This document shows, in pieces, positions 39,026 through 48,554 of a stretch of DNA of 64,000 bases. Position numbers and translations under genes: made by a program. The first letter of the stretch is position 1; every line of letters starts with the position of its first letter. Source of the stretch: Minisyncoccota bacterium (GTDB taxonomy: Bacteria; Patescibacteriota; Minisyncoccia; Phycocordibacterales; UBA2100); the NCBI GenBank assembly GCA_035500505.1, contig DATJXE010000005.1:318-64317 (forward strand), written 5' to 3'. Under the pieces are notes generated by a model. It had not been told where the DNA came from, did no database searches, and saw only the letters and a list, made by a program, of their open reading frames with translations.

Positions 39026-39847
39026 TCAAATCCCGCACAAGAGGCGCGCTTCGTCGAGGACCTGCGGCATGCGGTCCGGCTTTACGCCGTATTCCTGCAG
39101 GAGATGCGAGGTCGTCACGCTTTTGCACAGTACTATCTTGTTGTCCATAAGCCGTTTTTTCTCGCCCTCGCTCAAGGTCGTGAGGCACGTGATGGGGTGC
39201 ACCTTTCCCTCTTCTATCATCGAGAGGAGCCCGCGCGTGCGCGGATAATCCCAGCCGATGAGCGTGAGGTTGGAGCAGCGGGCGTAGCGGATGGCGTTCT
39301 GGGTAAACACGGTGTTCGTCACGAGCCAGCCTTCGTCCACGCGCGAGGAGGAGAGCGGCGCCTGTTTGAGATCGTCGTAGCGCGCCTTCACGTAGAGCGC
39401 GTCCTTGATGTCGGTCTTGCCACCGGGGTCGTTGTGGAACTTCGCTTCAATGCCGACGCGTTTCCCCTGCTTTTCGGCGAGCACGTCGACTTCGTGCGGC
39501 GCGCAACGGCCGCTCAAGGTCACGTCGGCCCGCGCGCTCCAGCCCAGCGCGCGGAGGACTTCGGCGAGGAATTGCTCGAACGGGTATCCCGAAGGGCCGA
39601 GTTCGAAGACCGCGCGCTTCACGGAGTAGCGCGCGGCAACCGGAAGAGACTCCTCCTTTTTCAATATCTCGAACGCGTGGCCGTAGATATCGGCCGTGCG
39701 CACGCCGGGGCGAAGCTCTTTGATCACGTGGGCGACGACTTTCGCGCGCGCCGTCGAGGAAGCGCCCGCGAGCTGCAGGGAGTGTTCCAGCTTCGCAGGA
39801 TCGAACGCCTCCTGCGTACCGTCGGCCTTGGTGATGAGCGGGGTCAT
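39026..39847 (-). CDS. ATP-cone + Mrr-like restriction endonuclease domain protein
   Basis: ITKADGTQEAFDPAKL (ATP cone), GYPFEQF, HEVDV...IEAK, WLVTN. Confidence 0.85.
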   Translation of the reverse strand: MTPLITKADGTQEAFDPAKLEHSLQLAGASSTARAKVVAHVIKELRPGVRTADIYGHAFEILKKEESLPVAARYSVKRAVFELGPSGYPFEQFLAEVLRALGWSARADVTLSGRCAPHEVDVLAEKQGKRVGIEAKFHNDPGGKTDIKDALYVKARYDDLKQAPLSSSRVDEGWLVTNTVFTQNAIRYARCSNLTLIGWDYPRTRGLLSMIEEGKVHPITCLTTLSEGEKKRLMDNKIVLCKSVTTSHLLQEYGVKPDRMPQVLDEARLLCGI

Positions 39848-40263
39848 GAGGATATGGAGGTCGATGCGGAAAGATCGGGAAGGATCTGTATCGGGAAGCC
39901 TCTGCCGTCGAGCGTCGCGAAGAACGTCACGCCGGCGGACGGAGCAAAGACGACCGTCCTGAATTCTCGCGGTGTCGGCTCTTCGGGACATTGTATGGAA
40001 GGGTCCTGCCACGTCTCGAATATGAGCTGGAACGTCGTCGAAGACATCGGTTTGCTCTGCACGGAGAGTTCGTCGCACGCGAGCGGCACGAGCAGCATAC
40101 CGGAAAAGCGATGCACGCCGGGAGAAAGAACGTCGCGAATGAATACCGGGCCTGCGTTCTCCGCTCCCGCGATGGCAAAGTTCCCGAGCACCGCGAATAT
40201 CGCGAACGACGCCGCGGAGGAAACGATCGCGAACCACACCAAGCGGCGCACCATGTCCCACAT
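39844..40263 (-). CDS. Hypothetical exported protein
   Basis: N-terminal TM, two Cys; TATAAT 6 nt upstream; ATGA overlap with the next gene. Confidence 0.7.
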   Translation of the reverse strand: MWDMVRRLVWFAIVSSAASFAIFAVLGNFAIAGAENAGPVFIRDVLSPGVHRFSGMLLVPLACDELSVQSKPMSSTTFQLIFETWQDPSIQCPEEPTPREFRTVVFAPSAGVTFFATLDGRGFPIQILPDLSASTSISS

Positions 40264-40292
40264 GCGTTCATTATAGCCGCTAAAATGCGCTG

Positions 40293-41339
40293 CTAGGCGC
40301 TGGCGTTGTTGATGATGCCGCCGCCAAGGCATGTGTCGCCGTCGTAGAGAACGAGCGATTGTCCCGGCGCCGCGATACGTGGACTTTCGAACGTCGCCAC
40401 GAGAGCGCTTTTGCGCGCCTCGATGCTCACCCGAAACGGCGGTTCGCGATAGCGCGCCTGCCCACTCGCAGAAAGTGGGAAGGCTGGCGTTCCGTGTACC
40501 CAACTCGGTTCGAGGAGCGACACAAAACGCCGTGCGGCAGCTTCCCTTTTCGAAGAAACGTGCACGATATTCTTCGGGACGTCGGTCCCAACGACATATT
40601 TCGGCTCGGAACCAGCTGAGGTGAACCCGTGCCGCTCGCCTACCGTGTACAGCGCCGCGCCGTCGTGCGTCCCGACGATTTTTCCGTTCTCGTCGACGAC
40701 ATCGCCGGGCAAGAGCGTGATAAAACGGCCGAGAAAATCTTTCATCGAAACATCCCCGACGAAACACAGGCCCTGACTGTCAGGTTTTTCGGCGTTCGGC
40801 AGGTCGAATTTCTTCGCCAGCGCGCGGACATCGCTCTTTTTGTACCCGCCGATCGGGAACAGCGTTCTCGACAGGTCACTCTGACCAAGGCGATACAAAA
40901 AATACGACTGGTCTTTGTTCGGGTCGAGGGCGCGAAGAAGCTTGAATTGTCCGTTCACCTCTCGAATGCGAGCATAGTGGCCCGTCGCCACCCTGTCGGC
41001 GCCGCTCGCAAAAGCCCACGTTGCAAAATGGCCGAACTTGATGGAGCGATTGCAAAGCACGTCGGGGTTGGGCGTGATGCCTCGTTGGTAGTCTTCTATC
41101 ATGCTTCTCACGACCTCCCGTTTGTATTCTTCCGAAAGATCGATCTCGCGAAACGGTATCTGCAGCGCCGCGCACACGCGCATGGCGTCGAGCCGGTCTT
41201 CTTGCCACGTGCACTCGATGAATTCCGGCGACCATATCTTGATGAACGCGCCGACGACATCGAAGCCCTGCTCCTTCAAAAGCGCGGCCGACACGGCGCT
41301 GTCCACGCCGCCCGAAAGTCCGACGTACACGGTCTTCAT
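40293..41339 (-). CDS. mnmA: tRNA-specific 2-thiouridylase
   Basis: SGGVDS, TPNPDVLCN, ATGHYAR, KDQSYFL, DSQGLCF, APGQ. Confidence 0.97.
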   Translation of the reverse strand: MKTVYVGLSGGVDSAVSAALLKEQGFDVVGAFIKIWSPEFIECTWQEDRLDAMRVCAALQIPFREIDLSEEYKREVVRSMIEDYQRGITPNPDVLCNRSIKFGHFATWAFASGADRVATGHYARIREVNGQFKLLRALDPNKDQSYFLYRLGQSDLSRTLFPIGGYKKSDVRALAKKFDLPNAEKPDSQGLCFVGDVSMKDFLGRFITLLPGDVVDENGKIVGTHDGAALYTVGERHGFTSAGSEPKYVVGTDVPKNIVHVSSKREAAARRFVSLLEPSWVHGTPAFPLSASGQARYREPPFRVSIEARKSALVATFESPRIAAPGQSLVLYDGDTCLGGGIINNASA

Positions 41340-41362
41340 CGGGCGAGTGTACTACCGTTGCC

Positions 41363-42397
41363 TCACGTGCCCAAGTAGATGCGTTGGTTCTGGAGTTGGC
41401 AGGCGTACGTCTTGCAGTAGTGCGTGACACCGTGCTTGTCGGCCAGGTAGTAGAGGTACTGGGTCGTGATGGGATCCAATGCGTCCTGGAGCGAATCGAG
41501 CGAGGGATTCCCGATCGGGGTCGGAGGAAGCCCTTTGTGCGCGTATGTATTGTATGGCGTGTCCGCTTTGAGGTCCGTGATGGTGAGCGCCGAGTCCGCT
41601 TTTCCGTTCTCGTAGATGAGCGTGGAGTCTACCTGGAGCGGAAGTCCCAATGCGAGACGATGCCAAAGAATGCCCGCGATGGTCCGGCGGTCCTGCGTGT
41701 TGGCGGCCTCTTTTTCGAGCATGGAAGCCATCGTAACGATATCCGAGAGCGAATGCGTCGAGCTCGCGATCTGCGGGAGGAGCGGTGCCACCTGGGTATT
41801 GAAATCTTGCCGCATCGCCTCTATGACCGTCCCTTCGGTCGAATTCGGAAGGAAGAAATACGTGTCCGGGAAAAGGTATCCCTCCATGGTCCCCGTTTGC
41901 GCAAGGAAATTGCTGGCGTTGAAGCGCGGAAGTTCCGCCTCGAACACCGGCGCCATCTGCCTCATCGTCGCTCCCTCGGGAATGCGGATGCGGATCGGGA
42001 CGAGGCCATAGGCGCCTACCGAAAGCGCGCGAGCGATCGAGAAAACCGTTTCCGGTTGTTTGAATTCGTAATCGCCCGCATAGATGCCGCGTTCGCGTCC
42101 GAACAAGGTGACAAGTGCTTTGAACACGAGCGGGCTGCGCACGACGCCATCCTCGTACAGCGTTCGCGCGATGGCGTCGAGCGACGCTCCTTCCGGAACG
42201 GTAACGAGCTGGCCGGTAGGAAAATTCTTCGGCGGCTGTATGACCGCAAGATACAAAACCGCGATGCAAGCGCCGACAACGACCGTTATCGCGAGCGTGC
42301 GACGATTGGTGTGCTCGCGCCACTCCTTGGAGAGGCGCTTTTGCAGGTTATCCGACCACGCGAAGAACCGTTCGAGAAAACGCTGGATGGGATCCAT
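41363..42397 (-). CDS. mltG: Endolytic transglycosylase MltG
   Basis: EGYLFPDTY, MASMLEKE, LQVD, PYNTY..KGLPPTPIGNP. Confidence 0.95.
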   Translation of the reverse strand: MDPIQRFLERFFAWSDNLQKRLSKEWREHTNRRTLAITVVVGACIAVLYLAVIQPPKNFPTGQLVTVPEGASLDAIARTLYEDGVVRSPLVFKALVTLFGRERGIYAGDYEFKQPETVFSIARALSVGAYGLVPIRIRIPEGATMRQMAPVFEAELPRFNASNFLAQTGTMEGYLFPDTYFFLPNSTEGTVIEAMRQDFNTQVAPLLPQIASSTHSLSDIVTMASMLEKEAANTQDRRTIAGILWHRLALGLPLQVDSTLIYENGKADSALTITDLKADTPYNTYAHKGLPPTPIGNPSLDSLQDALDPITTQYLYYLADKHGVTHYCKTYACQLQNQRIYLGT

Positions 42398-42406
42398 GAG
42401 CGAGCG

Positions 42407-43867
42407 TTACGTCGGCAAGTTCGAAGGCGGCGGCGCTTTCGTTGCGGGGATGCGCTCGAGTCCGGGCACGGCGACCGTACGGGACGGCGGATGCCAGAGG
42501 GTCGCGAGTTCCTCGACGGTGAGAACGTTGGTGGGAAGGATCCATGGTGTGTGAAAACCAGCGCGCCTGCGATAGCAGTCGAAAAAGCGGCTGGCCGTCA
42601 TCGTGTTGCGACGATAGCCGGCGAAGTCCTGCCAGGGATAGTCGTACGGATTGTGCCAACGACGCGGACGCAGGTGGGTCATGTAGGATTGATTCCCGAA
42701 CGCTTTCCAGATCCAGCGCACACTGGTGAAGAAGGGTCCTCTCACCTCTCCACTCGTTATGTAGACCCCATGACCGACGAACTCGAATGGCAACTTTGAG
42801 AGATTGCGCTCCATGCTCTGCATCATCTGGTTCTGCCGCCAGGACGGACGTATCTGCGGCGGGCGAGCGTCCTCGTCGAGCCCCGCTTCTTCCATCTCAC
42901 TTCTGAGCAATGACTGCGGGACGATCGCGCCGTGCACGCGCACCTTGCTCACCTCTTCTTCCATGGCCTCGCGCCATTCCGTGTCGCGTTCTTGAGTGTT
43001 GAGAATATTGTATTTGCCGGCGCGGCGGATGACGAGCGAGACCCAGATCTGCTCGTGGGGTTTTATCGAACCCATGAACTCCAGGATCGTGCCGAGCGGG
43101 TCGACTTTGTGTTCTTCTTTTGGATCCTTGTCGAGCTCGAAATCGACGTACGTTTTTATGGGATAGCAGTCGGAACGCGGGAAATCTCCTTTACCGTATA
43201 CGCCGCCCTTATTGTGCGGCTCCTTGCGCCAGTCGGTCGCGAAGCACCAATGTTTCTTCGGGTCGAGCACGAACTTGGAGGCATAGTCCTCAACTTCGTA
43301 GAGCTCGACTTCCGGATATTGGCCGTAGATGCTCTGCTCGACGAAGTTGCGGTAGTTGCCCCAGCACCAGATATAGAAATGTACGTCGCCGCCGAAGCTC
43401 GCGATCTCAAGCGCGTACCAAGGTCTCACCTGCCCCTTCCATCCCCGGTCCAAAAAGGTCGTCTCGCCCGATGAAAGCCAGAGGTTGGTGAGCGCGACCT
43501 CCATCGCGCGAGGCGACTTCGTTATCTCACGCGGGATCTTCATTTCGAGCAAAACCGGCTTGCGGCCGGCGATGAAGTGGGACTGCACGTACCACACCCA
43601 CACCCGCCACGTGCCGATAATGAGCCCTATCGGGAGCCAAACGGGGGCGGTTCCCGCCAACCACGCGAGCGTAAAAAGCGGCAAGCTGGGGATCTCGAAA
43701 GAGAGGATAGCGTACAGTCCCGCGAACAGTATCATACAAGCCATCCCGCGCGAGATACCCCACTCCCCCACGTTGTCGATGAAGGTATGCAGGTTGAAAA
43801 TATTAAAACCGAGCACCTTTTTTTCTATTACCTCGCCTGCTTCGGCCAAAAAGGTATCTTCCGCCAT
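42407..43867 (-). CDS. Conserved hypothetical membrane protein
   Basis: Two TM helices, then LEMKIPREITKSPRAME, YPIKTY.DFE, EELATLWHPP, PPPSNLP. Resembles regions that precede VirD4/TraG-like ATPases (from memory). Confidence 0.7.
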   Translation of the reverse strand: MAEDTFLAEAGEVIEKKVLGFNIFNLHTFIDNVGEWGISRGMACMILFAGLYAILSFEIPSLPLFTLAWLAGTAPVWLPIGLIIGTWRVWVWYVQSHFIAGRKPVLLEMKIPREITKSPRAMEVALTNLWLSSGETTFLDRGWKGQVRPWYALEIASFGGDVHFYIWCWGNYRNFVEQSIYGQYPEVELYEVEDYASKFVLDPKKHWCFATDWRKEPHNKGGVYGKGDFPRSDCYPIKTYVDFELDKDPKEEHKVDPLGTILEFMGSIKPHEQIWVSLVIRRAGKYNILNTQERDTEWREAMEEEVSKVRVHGAIVPQSLLRSEMEEAGLDEDARPPQIRPSWRQNQMMQSMERNLSKLPFEFVGHGVYITSGEVRGPFFTSVRWIWKAFGNQSYMTHLRPRRWHNPYDYPWQDFAGYRRNTMTASRFFDCYRRRAGFHTPWILPTNVLTVEELATLWHPPSRTVAVPGLERIPATKAPPPSNLPT

Positions 43868-43899
43868 GCGTAAAAGTATAGCACCGGAAACAACGATGT

Positions 43900-44017
43900 G
43901 CGGCGCGGGTAATGGCAACTTTTTTCTGCTGCGGGGCGCATTGTGTTCCAGGTTCTTATGCCGGGCGCCATGGGCGCTTTATCCTCGCGGGAAAAAAGTT
44001 GCCATCACCCGCGCCGC
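43900..44017. repeat. Palindromic intergenic element with 27-bp terminal inverted repeat (1 mismatch)
   Basis: GCGGCGCGGGTAATGGCAACTTTTTTC (43900-43926) vs GAAAAAAGTTGCCATCACCCGCGCCGC (43991-44017); internal GCGCC-atg-GGCGC hairpin. Confidence 0.88.
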
Positions 44018-44026
44018 TAACCCTTT

Positions 44027-45049
44027 TTATTTCGCGAGCGAGTAACGCCCGTCGGAAAGCTTCGTGAACGCGTTGCTCTGGAGGTTGACCGCGATGGTGG
44101 CGTCTTTGACGTAGCGTTCGCGCTTCACGCGATCGATGATGTCCTCGCGAGAGAGCGGCCCTTCACGCTTCAAGATGCCTTTGATGACATCGCGAACGAC
44201 GCCCGGTTCGTAGCCCCACTCTTTGAGCGCGTAGAGTCCGCGGCCCACCAAGACGAATCGTCCGTCTTTGATGAGTTCATTGTGGGTCGTCGCTGGATGC
44301 GCCTCGCGGCCGAACAATTTTTCTATTCCCTTGGCGACTTCGGTGAAGTGCATGGGGGAACCGTGGCGCTTCAAGGTGAGGTAGGCGAAGTCGCGCGTGT
44401 TCTTGATGCGCACGTGCGGCGAATCCTGCCGTCCCCACTCGCCCAGCGGGTTCTTGCCGATGCGCTTCGAGATGAGGAGCCAGCGGCGCATCGAGTGCTC
44501 GTCGCGCGGCTTCACGCCCTCCTGCTTCAAATGCTTCGCGAAGAGCTGCAAAAATTCCTCCTCGGGGGTCAGGCGGTTCAGCTCGATGGCGTCATACAGA
44601 CTCGAGAGCGCGGCCTCAACGGATTCGGCAAGCTGCGCGTCGGTGTGCCAACGGTCGTGGAAATCGGAGGTTTCGCGCCGGTCGTCGAAATGATGTCCCA
44701 CGGTAAGAAGGAAGATGACGTGGTTCTCCTCGGCCGGGGTCTTCGCCAATTCCTGGAGGATCGTCGCTTCGGCCAGGATGCCGCCGAGCATCGCGATGGC
44801 GCGCTTCATTTCCTCGAATTCCTGCGCATGCGCGGCGTAGCCCTCGGAGTCGCGCACGGAAGCAAGTCCGTGATTCTCGATCTGACGAATGCGCTCGCGG
44901 GTGATGCCGTACTCCTTGCCGATGGCATCCAGTGTCCGGGTCCTCCCCGACGGATTGAGACCGAAACGGTCGACGAGCACCTTCCGGGAACGCTCCGGCA
45001 GGTCTGAAAGAAGGTCTTTTGTGACGTTTTTGGGTTGGAATGAAAGCAT
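44027..45049 (-). CDS. Sigma70 region-4 HTH + C-terminal winged-helix (HARE-HTH/RpoE-like) protein
   Basis: RFGL...TLDAIGKEYGITRERIRQIE; PMHFTEV...HNELIKDGRFVLVGRGLYAL. Confidence 0.82.
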   Translation of the reverse strand: MLSFQPKNVTKDLLSDLPERSRKVLVDRFGLNPSGRTRTLDAIGKEYGITRERIRQIENHGLASVRDSEGYAAHAQEFEEMKRAIAMLGGILAEATILQELAKTPAEENHVIFLLTVGHHFDDRRETSDFHDRWHTDAQLAESVEAALSSLYDAIELNRLTPEEEFLQLFAKHLKQEGVKPRDEHSMRRWLLISKRIGKNPLGEWGRQDSPHVRIKNTRDFAYLTLKRHGSPMHFTEVAKGIEKLFGREAHPATTHNELIKDGRFVLVGRGLYALKEWGYEPGVVRDVIKGILKREGPLSREDIIDRVKRERYVKDATIAVNLQSNAFTKLSDGRYSLAK

Positions 45050-45091
45050 GGGTCTTTGGGGCCAATTGACTGTGCAATTTGGTGTGGCTTT

Positions 45092-45120
45092 GTTATATCA
45101 AACCCCCCTCCCCATGTCAA
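45092..45120 (-). promoter_or_regulatory. Near-consensus sigma70 promoter
   Basis: TTGACA-N17-TATAAC upstream of the HTH gene. Confidence 0.7.
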
Positions 45121-45123
45121 ATT

Positions 45124-46080
45124 TCACTCCGCTTCGAACAATGCGCTCAAGGATTCCCCGCTCTCGATGCGTTTGATGGCATCGGCGAAGAGGGGTGCTA
45201 CGGAAACGACTTCTATCTTTTTGGACATTTCGCGCTCCGGGGAGATGGTATCGGTTATGAACATCCGCTCGATGGGTGAAGCGTCGATGGTCTTGTTGGC
45301 TTCGCCAGAAAGAACGCCATGCGTCGCTGCGGCATAGACCTCTTTGGCGCCGTTTTCCTTGAGAAGCACCGCTGCACGAGCGAGCGTGCCGCACGTATCG
45401 GCCATGTCGTCGGTGATGAGCGCGATCTTTCCGGAAACATCGCCGATGAGCTTCATTCGGGCGACTTGATTCGGAATGTCGCGTTCTTTGTGAATGATGG
45501 CGAGATCGGCTGCCTTCATGAGCCGCTTCGCATAGGATTGCGCGCGGACGACACCGCCTGCGTCCGGTGAGACGACGACGAGGTCGTCTTTTGCGAGGGC
45601 ATCCTTGAAGAATTCCTTGAAAAAAGAAATGAAGGCCGGGCGTGCATAGAGGTAATCGACCAACGTGTCGCGGAAAAATCCGCCGATGGCGTCGTTGTGG
45701 AGATCCATGGTGAGCAGACGCGTCGTGCGAAGGGCATCGAGCGCGGTCGCAAAGACGCGCGCGGATATCGGTTCGCGCGGACGCGCCTTCCTATCCTGCC
45801 GCGCGTACCCGAAGTACGGCACGACCGCCGTTATCTCATGCGCGGAGGCACCACGCGCCGCGTCTATAGCGAGCAGAAGTCTCGCCCAATTCTCCGCGGG
45901 CGGCACGGTCGGCTGGATGAGGTAGACGTTCTTGCCGCGCAAATTTTCCAAGAACTGCACCTGCTGTTCACCGTCCGCGAAGGTCTTGCATTTGATCTGC
46001 CCCAGCGGCGCACCGACTTTTTCTGAGATGGACCTGGCGAGCGCATCGTTGCCACCGAGACTGAAGATGCGAAATTCCAT
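45124..46080 (-). CDS. prs: Ribose-phosphate pyrophosphokinase
   Basis: FADGE, PYFGYARQDRK, SPDAGG, DDMADTCGT. Confidence 0.96.
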   Translation of the reverse strand: MEFRIFSLGGNDALARSISEKVGAPLGQIKCKTFADGEQQVQFLENLRGKNVYLIQPTVPPAENWARLLLAIDAARGASAHEITAVVPYFGYARQDRKARPREPISARVFATALDALRTTRLLTMDLHNDAIGGFFRDTLVDYLYARPAFISFFKEFFKDALAKDDLVVVSPDAGGVVRAQSYAKRLMKAADLAIIHKERDIPNQVARMKLIGDVSGKIALITDDMADTCGTLARAAVLLKENGAKEVYAAATHGVLSGEANKTIDASPIERMFITDTISPEREMSKKIEVVSVAPLFADAIKRIESGESLSALFEAE

Positions 46081-46103
46081 GGCAAGAGTATACCTCGAAA
46101 TAT

Positions 46104-47189
46104 TCAACCGCGAATACCCAAATTGACGGGCACGGCCGATGGCGGGGCGGTATCAGGAGATGAAAAGCCGAAGAAGGAACGAATGCCGTCGATGGCTTTG
46201 ATGCTATCCGTCACGATGGTGCTGCCGACCCGCTGAAAAAAGTTCTGCGGCGGCGCGGAGTTGGCAATGGTGTCGCTGTTTCCGAACGTTTGTGGGCTCA
46301 AGGTGTTGCCCGACGCATTCACGAACGTCGGCTGCGACGGTCCGTCAAAAGCGCCCGAGGTCGGTGTCGCCCCTCCGGTGTCCGTTTGTGGCGCTCCGGC
46401 AAGCTGCATCGAGCTCGTTTGGGACAACTCGGGATTCAAGTTTGCCGTTTCCGGGGCCTGCATCGTGAATATCGACGACTGGGCCGTAGCTTCCGGTTGA
46501 ACGGTCCCTTCCGGGGATAGGTTGGTCGCGGTGGGGCCTGTAGTCGGGGGCGGATTTACCGCGCCGGTTTGTTCGACGGTCGGGAGCGAGATGGGCTTGT
46601 CGGCGCTCACGGTCGGCGTTGGCGTTCCGCCCGTGCTGATGGAATCCGACAACGGCGTGATGCTCTTTGCGGCGGCGCAGACGCTCCCCTCACACGCGGT
46701 CACCGCGCAGGTGCCCGCCGGCACCGACGCGTCCGGATATGCGGTTTCGGTAATGACCCCCGCGGCACTTTCGTTCGTCGTCGCTTTTTTGCCGACGCAC
46801 ACGTAGCTTGCCGGGTTGGTCGGACTCAATCCAGCCGCGTTGGGGTTGAGGATGGCGGCGACGCATTGATCCTGAAAGTTGAGGTTGTTGCTGTCGGTGA
46901 TGACCGTCTCGGTGTCACCGCGCCCTCGCGCGGCGGCTTTCTTTTTTGCTTGGTCGCAAGCGGTCGTTTCGGATGTCGAGGTGACCGGCGCGTCACTCGC
47001 ATTTACCTGTACCGCTTGCGCCTCGAGCGCGGTGGGTTCGAACGTGTTGTAGGCTCTGATGCCGGCCGCCGAAGCGAGCACCACAACTGCAACGACGGCA
47101 CTCGTTGCGGTCGCCGTCTCCAGGATCCTCGCAAAGACGCTTTTGTGCTCGTCCACGCGAGTAATTGTAGCAGGCGACTCGCCAATCAT
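46104..47189 (-). CDS. Hypothetical exported Ser/Thr/Pro-rich protein with a six-Cys domain
   Basis: N-terminal TM, 6 Cys, low-complexity tail. Confidence 0.7.
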   Translation of the reverse strand: MIGESPATITRVDEHKSVFARILETATATSAVVAVVVLASAAGIRAYNTFEPTALEAQAVQVNASDAPVTSTSETTACDQAKKKAAARGRGDTETVITDSNNLNFQDQCVAAILNPNAAGLSPTNPASYVCVGKKATTNESAAGVITETAYPDASVPAGTCAVTACEGSVCAAAKSITPLSDSISTGGTPTPTVSADKPISLPTVEQTGAVNPPPTTGPTATNLSPEGTVQPEATAQSSIFTMQAPETANLNPELSQTSSMQLAGAPQTDTGGATPTSGAFDGPSQPTFVNASGNTLSPQTFGNSDTIANSAPPQNFFQRVGSTIVTDSIKAIDGIRSFFGFSSPDTAPPSAVPVNLGIRG

Positions 47190-47214
47190 CCGCGCGAATG
47201 TATAATTCTTCCGC

Positions 47215-47288
47215 GCACCTTTAGCTCAGTTGGTTAGAGCGTTCGATTCACATTCGAAAGGTCGTTGGTTCGAATCCAACAAGGTGCA
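47215..47288 (+). tRNA. tRNA-Val(CAC)
   Basis: Acceptor GCACCTT/AAGGTGC, anticodon arm TTCGA-TTCACAT-TCGAA, GGTTCGAATCC; TATAAT upstream; no encoded CCA. Confidence 0.95.
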
Positions 47289-47312
47289 CAAATTTTAATT
47301 TGGCAGCTTGTT

Positions 47313-47380
47313 GAGGAGGGGGTCGGGGAACCGGCAGGTTCCCCGTGGAGGAAGGATTGGGAAAACCGAGGGTTTCCCAG
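47313..47380. repeat. Tandem degenerate hairpin pair (REP-like)
   Basis: GAGGAGGGGGT-CGGGGAACCggcaGGTTCCCCG then GAGGAAGGAT-TGGGAAAACCgagGGTTTCCCA. Confidence 0.6.
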
Positions 47381-47411
47381 AATTCATGGTGCACAGGCGT
47401 ATAATGAACAA

Positions 47412-48554
47412 ATGCTAACCTTCCGGCGCATCTTGCTTGTCGGCATAGCCCTGCTTTCGTTCGCGCCTTTCCTCGCGAACGCACAGGCCACCGTCACCCC
47501 CGACACGCAGACCATCGAGAAGGCCCAGGTTACGGGAGTCTCGGATGAACAAACGCAAATACTGCCCGGCACCGACACGCCGGCACAAACGCAAACCCTC
47601 ACGGCTCTCATTTTGGATGGTCCCGACGCAGGACAATCCGTCACGTTCGAGAACGATTACGTGCAGCTCAATGTCGGCGACGTGTTCTATGCGATGCACA
47701 CGACGAATCCGTTGGATGGGACCGATCACTGGACGGTTTCTGACCCATATCGACTGAATGCACTTCTTGTCCTCGCGGCGATCTTCCTGATCCTCGTTAT
47801 CGTGTTCGGCGGACTGCAGGGTCTTCGTGGCCTCGCCTCGCTCGTCGGCAGCATCATTCTCATCTTTTTTGTGCTGGTTCCCGGCATCTTGCACGGCTAC
47901 TCCCCCATTCTCGTTTCGATCGGCATCTCATCACTCATCATCATCGTCGGGTCCTATGTCACGCACGGGTTCAATCGAACAACGAGTGCCGCGGTCCTGG
48001 GCATGATAGCGACCGTCCTCGTAACCGGCGCGGGTGCGTACTATGCGGTGCATGCTGCGCACTTGACGGGGTTTTCGACCGAAGAAGAGGTGTACCTGAA
48101 CTTCGATACGCATGGCACGATAGACATGCTAGGGCTTCTCTTCGGCGGCATTATGATAGGGCTCCTCGGCGTCCTGTATGACATCGCGATCGGTCAGGCG
48201 ATCGCCGTCGAAGAGCTCTTTCGCGCCGGCGTACAGATGACGAAGCTGCAGGTCTATTCGCGTGCGATCAGGATCGGTCGCGAACACATCGGCGCTCTGG
48301 TGAACACGCTTGCGATAGCCTATGTCGGCGCGGCTCTTCCGCTCCTCCTCCTTGTGCAGGAAGGTTCGGGTTACGGACTCGTGTATTCCGTGAACAGTGA
48401 ACTTTTTGCGACCGAGATCGTCCGCATTCTTATCGGTTCCATCGGGCTCATCTTGGGCGTACCGGTAACGACCTTCATCGCCTCGTACATGCTGTATGGA
48501 CGTATACGGGCCGGGGAGCCAAGCTCGCATAGGGGTCATTCTCACTCGCACTAA
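47412..48554 (+). CDS. YibE/F family membrane protein
   Basis: GLLGVLYDIAI, IGREHIGALVNTL..AYVGAALP, EIVRILIGSIG; His-rich C-terminus. Confidence 0.88.
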   Translation: MLTFRRILLVGIALLSFAPFLANAQATVTPDTQTIEKAQVTGVSDEQTQILPGTDTPAQTQTLTALILDGPDAGQSVTFENDYVQLNVGDVFYAMHTTNPLDGTDHWTVSDPYRLNALLVLAAIFLILVIVFGGLQGLRGLASLVGSIILIFFVLVPGILHGYSPILVSIGISSLIIIVGSYVTHGFNRTTSAAVLGMIATVLVTGAGAYYAVHAAHLTGFSTEEEVYLNFDTHGTIDMLGLLFGGIMIGLLGVLYDIAIGQAIAVEELFRAGVQMTKLQVYSRAIRIGREHIGALVNTLAIAYVGAALPLLLLVQEGSGYGLVYSVNSELFATEIVRILIGSIGLILGVPVTTFIASYMLYGRIRAGEPSSHRGHSHSH

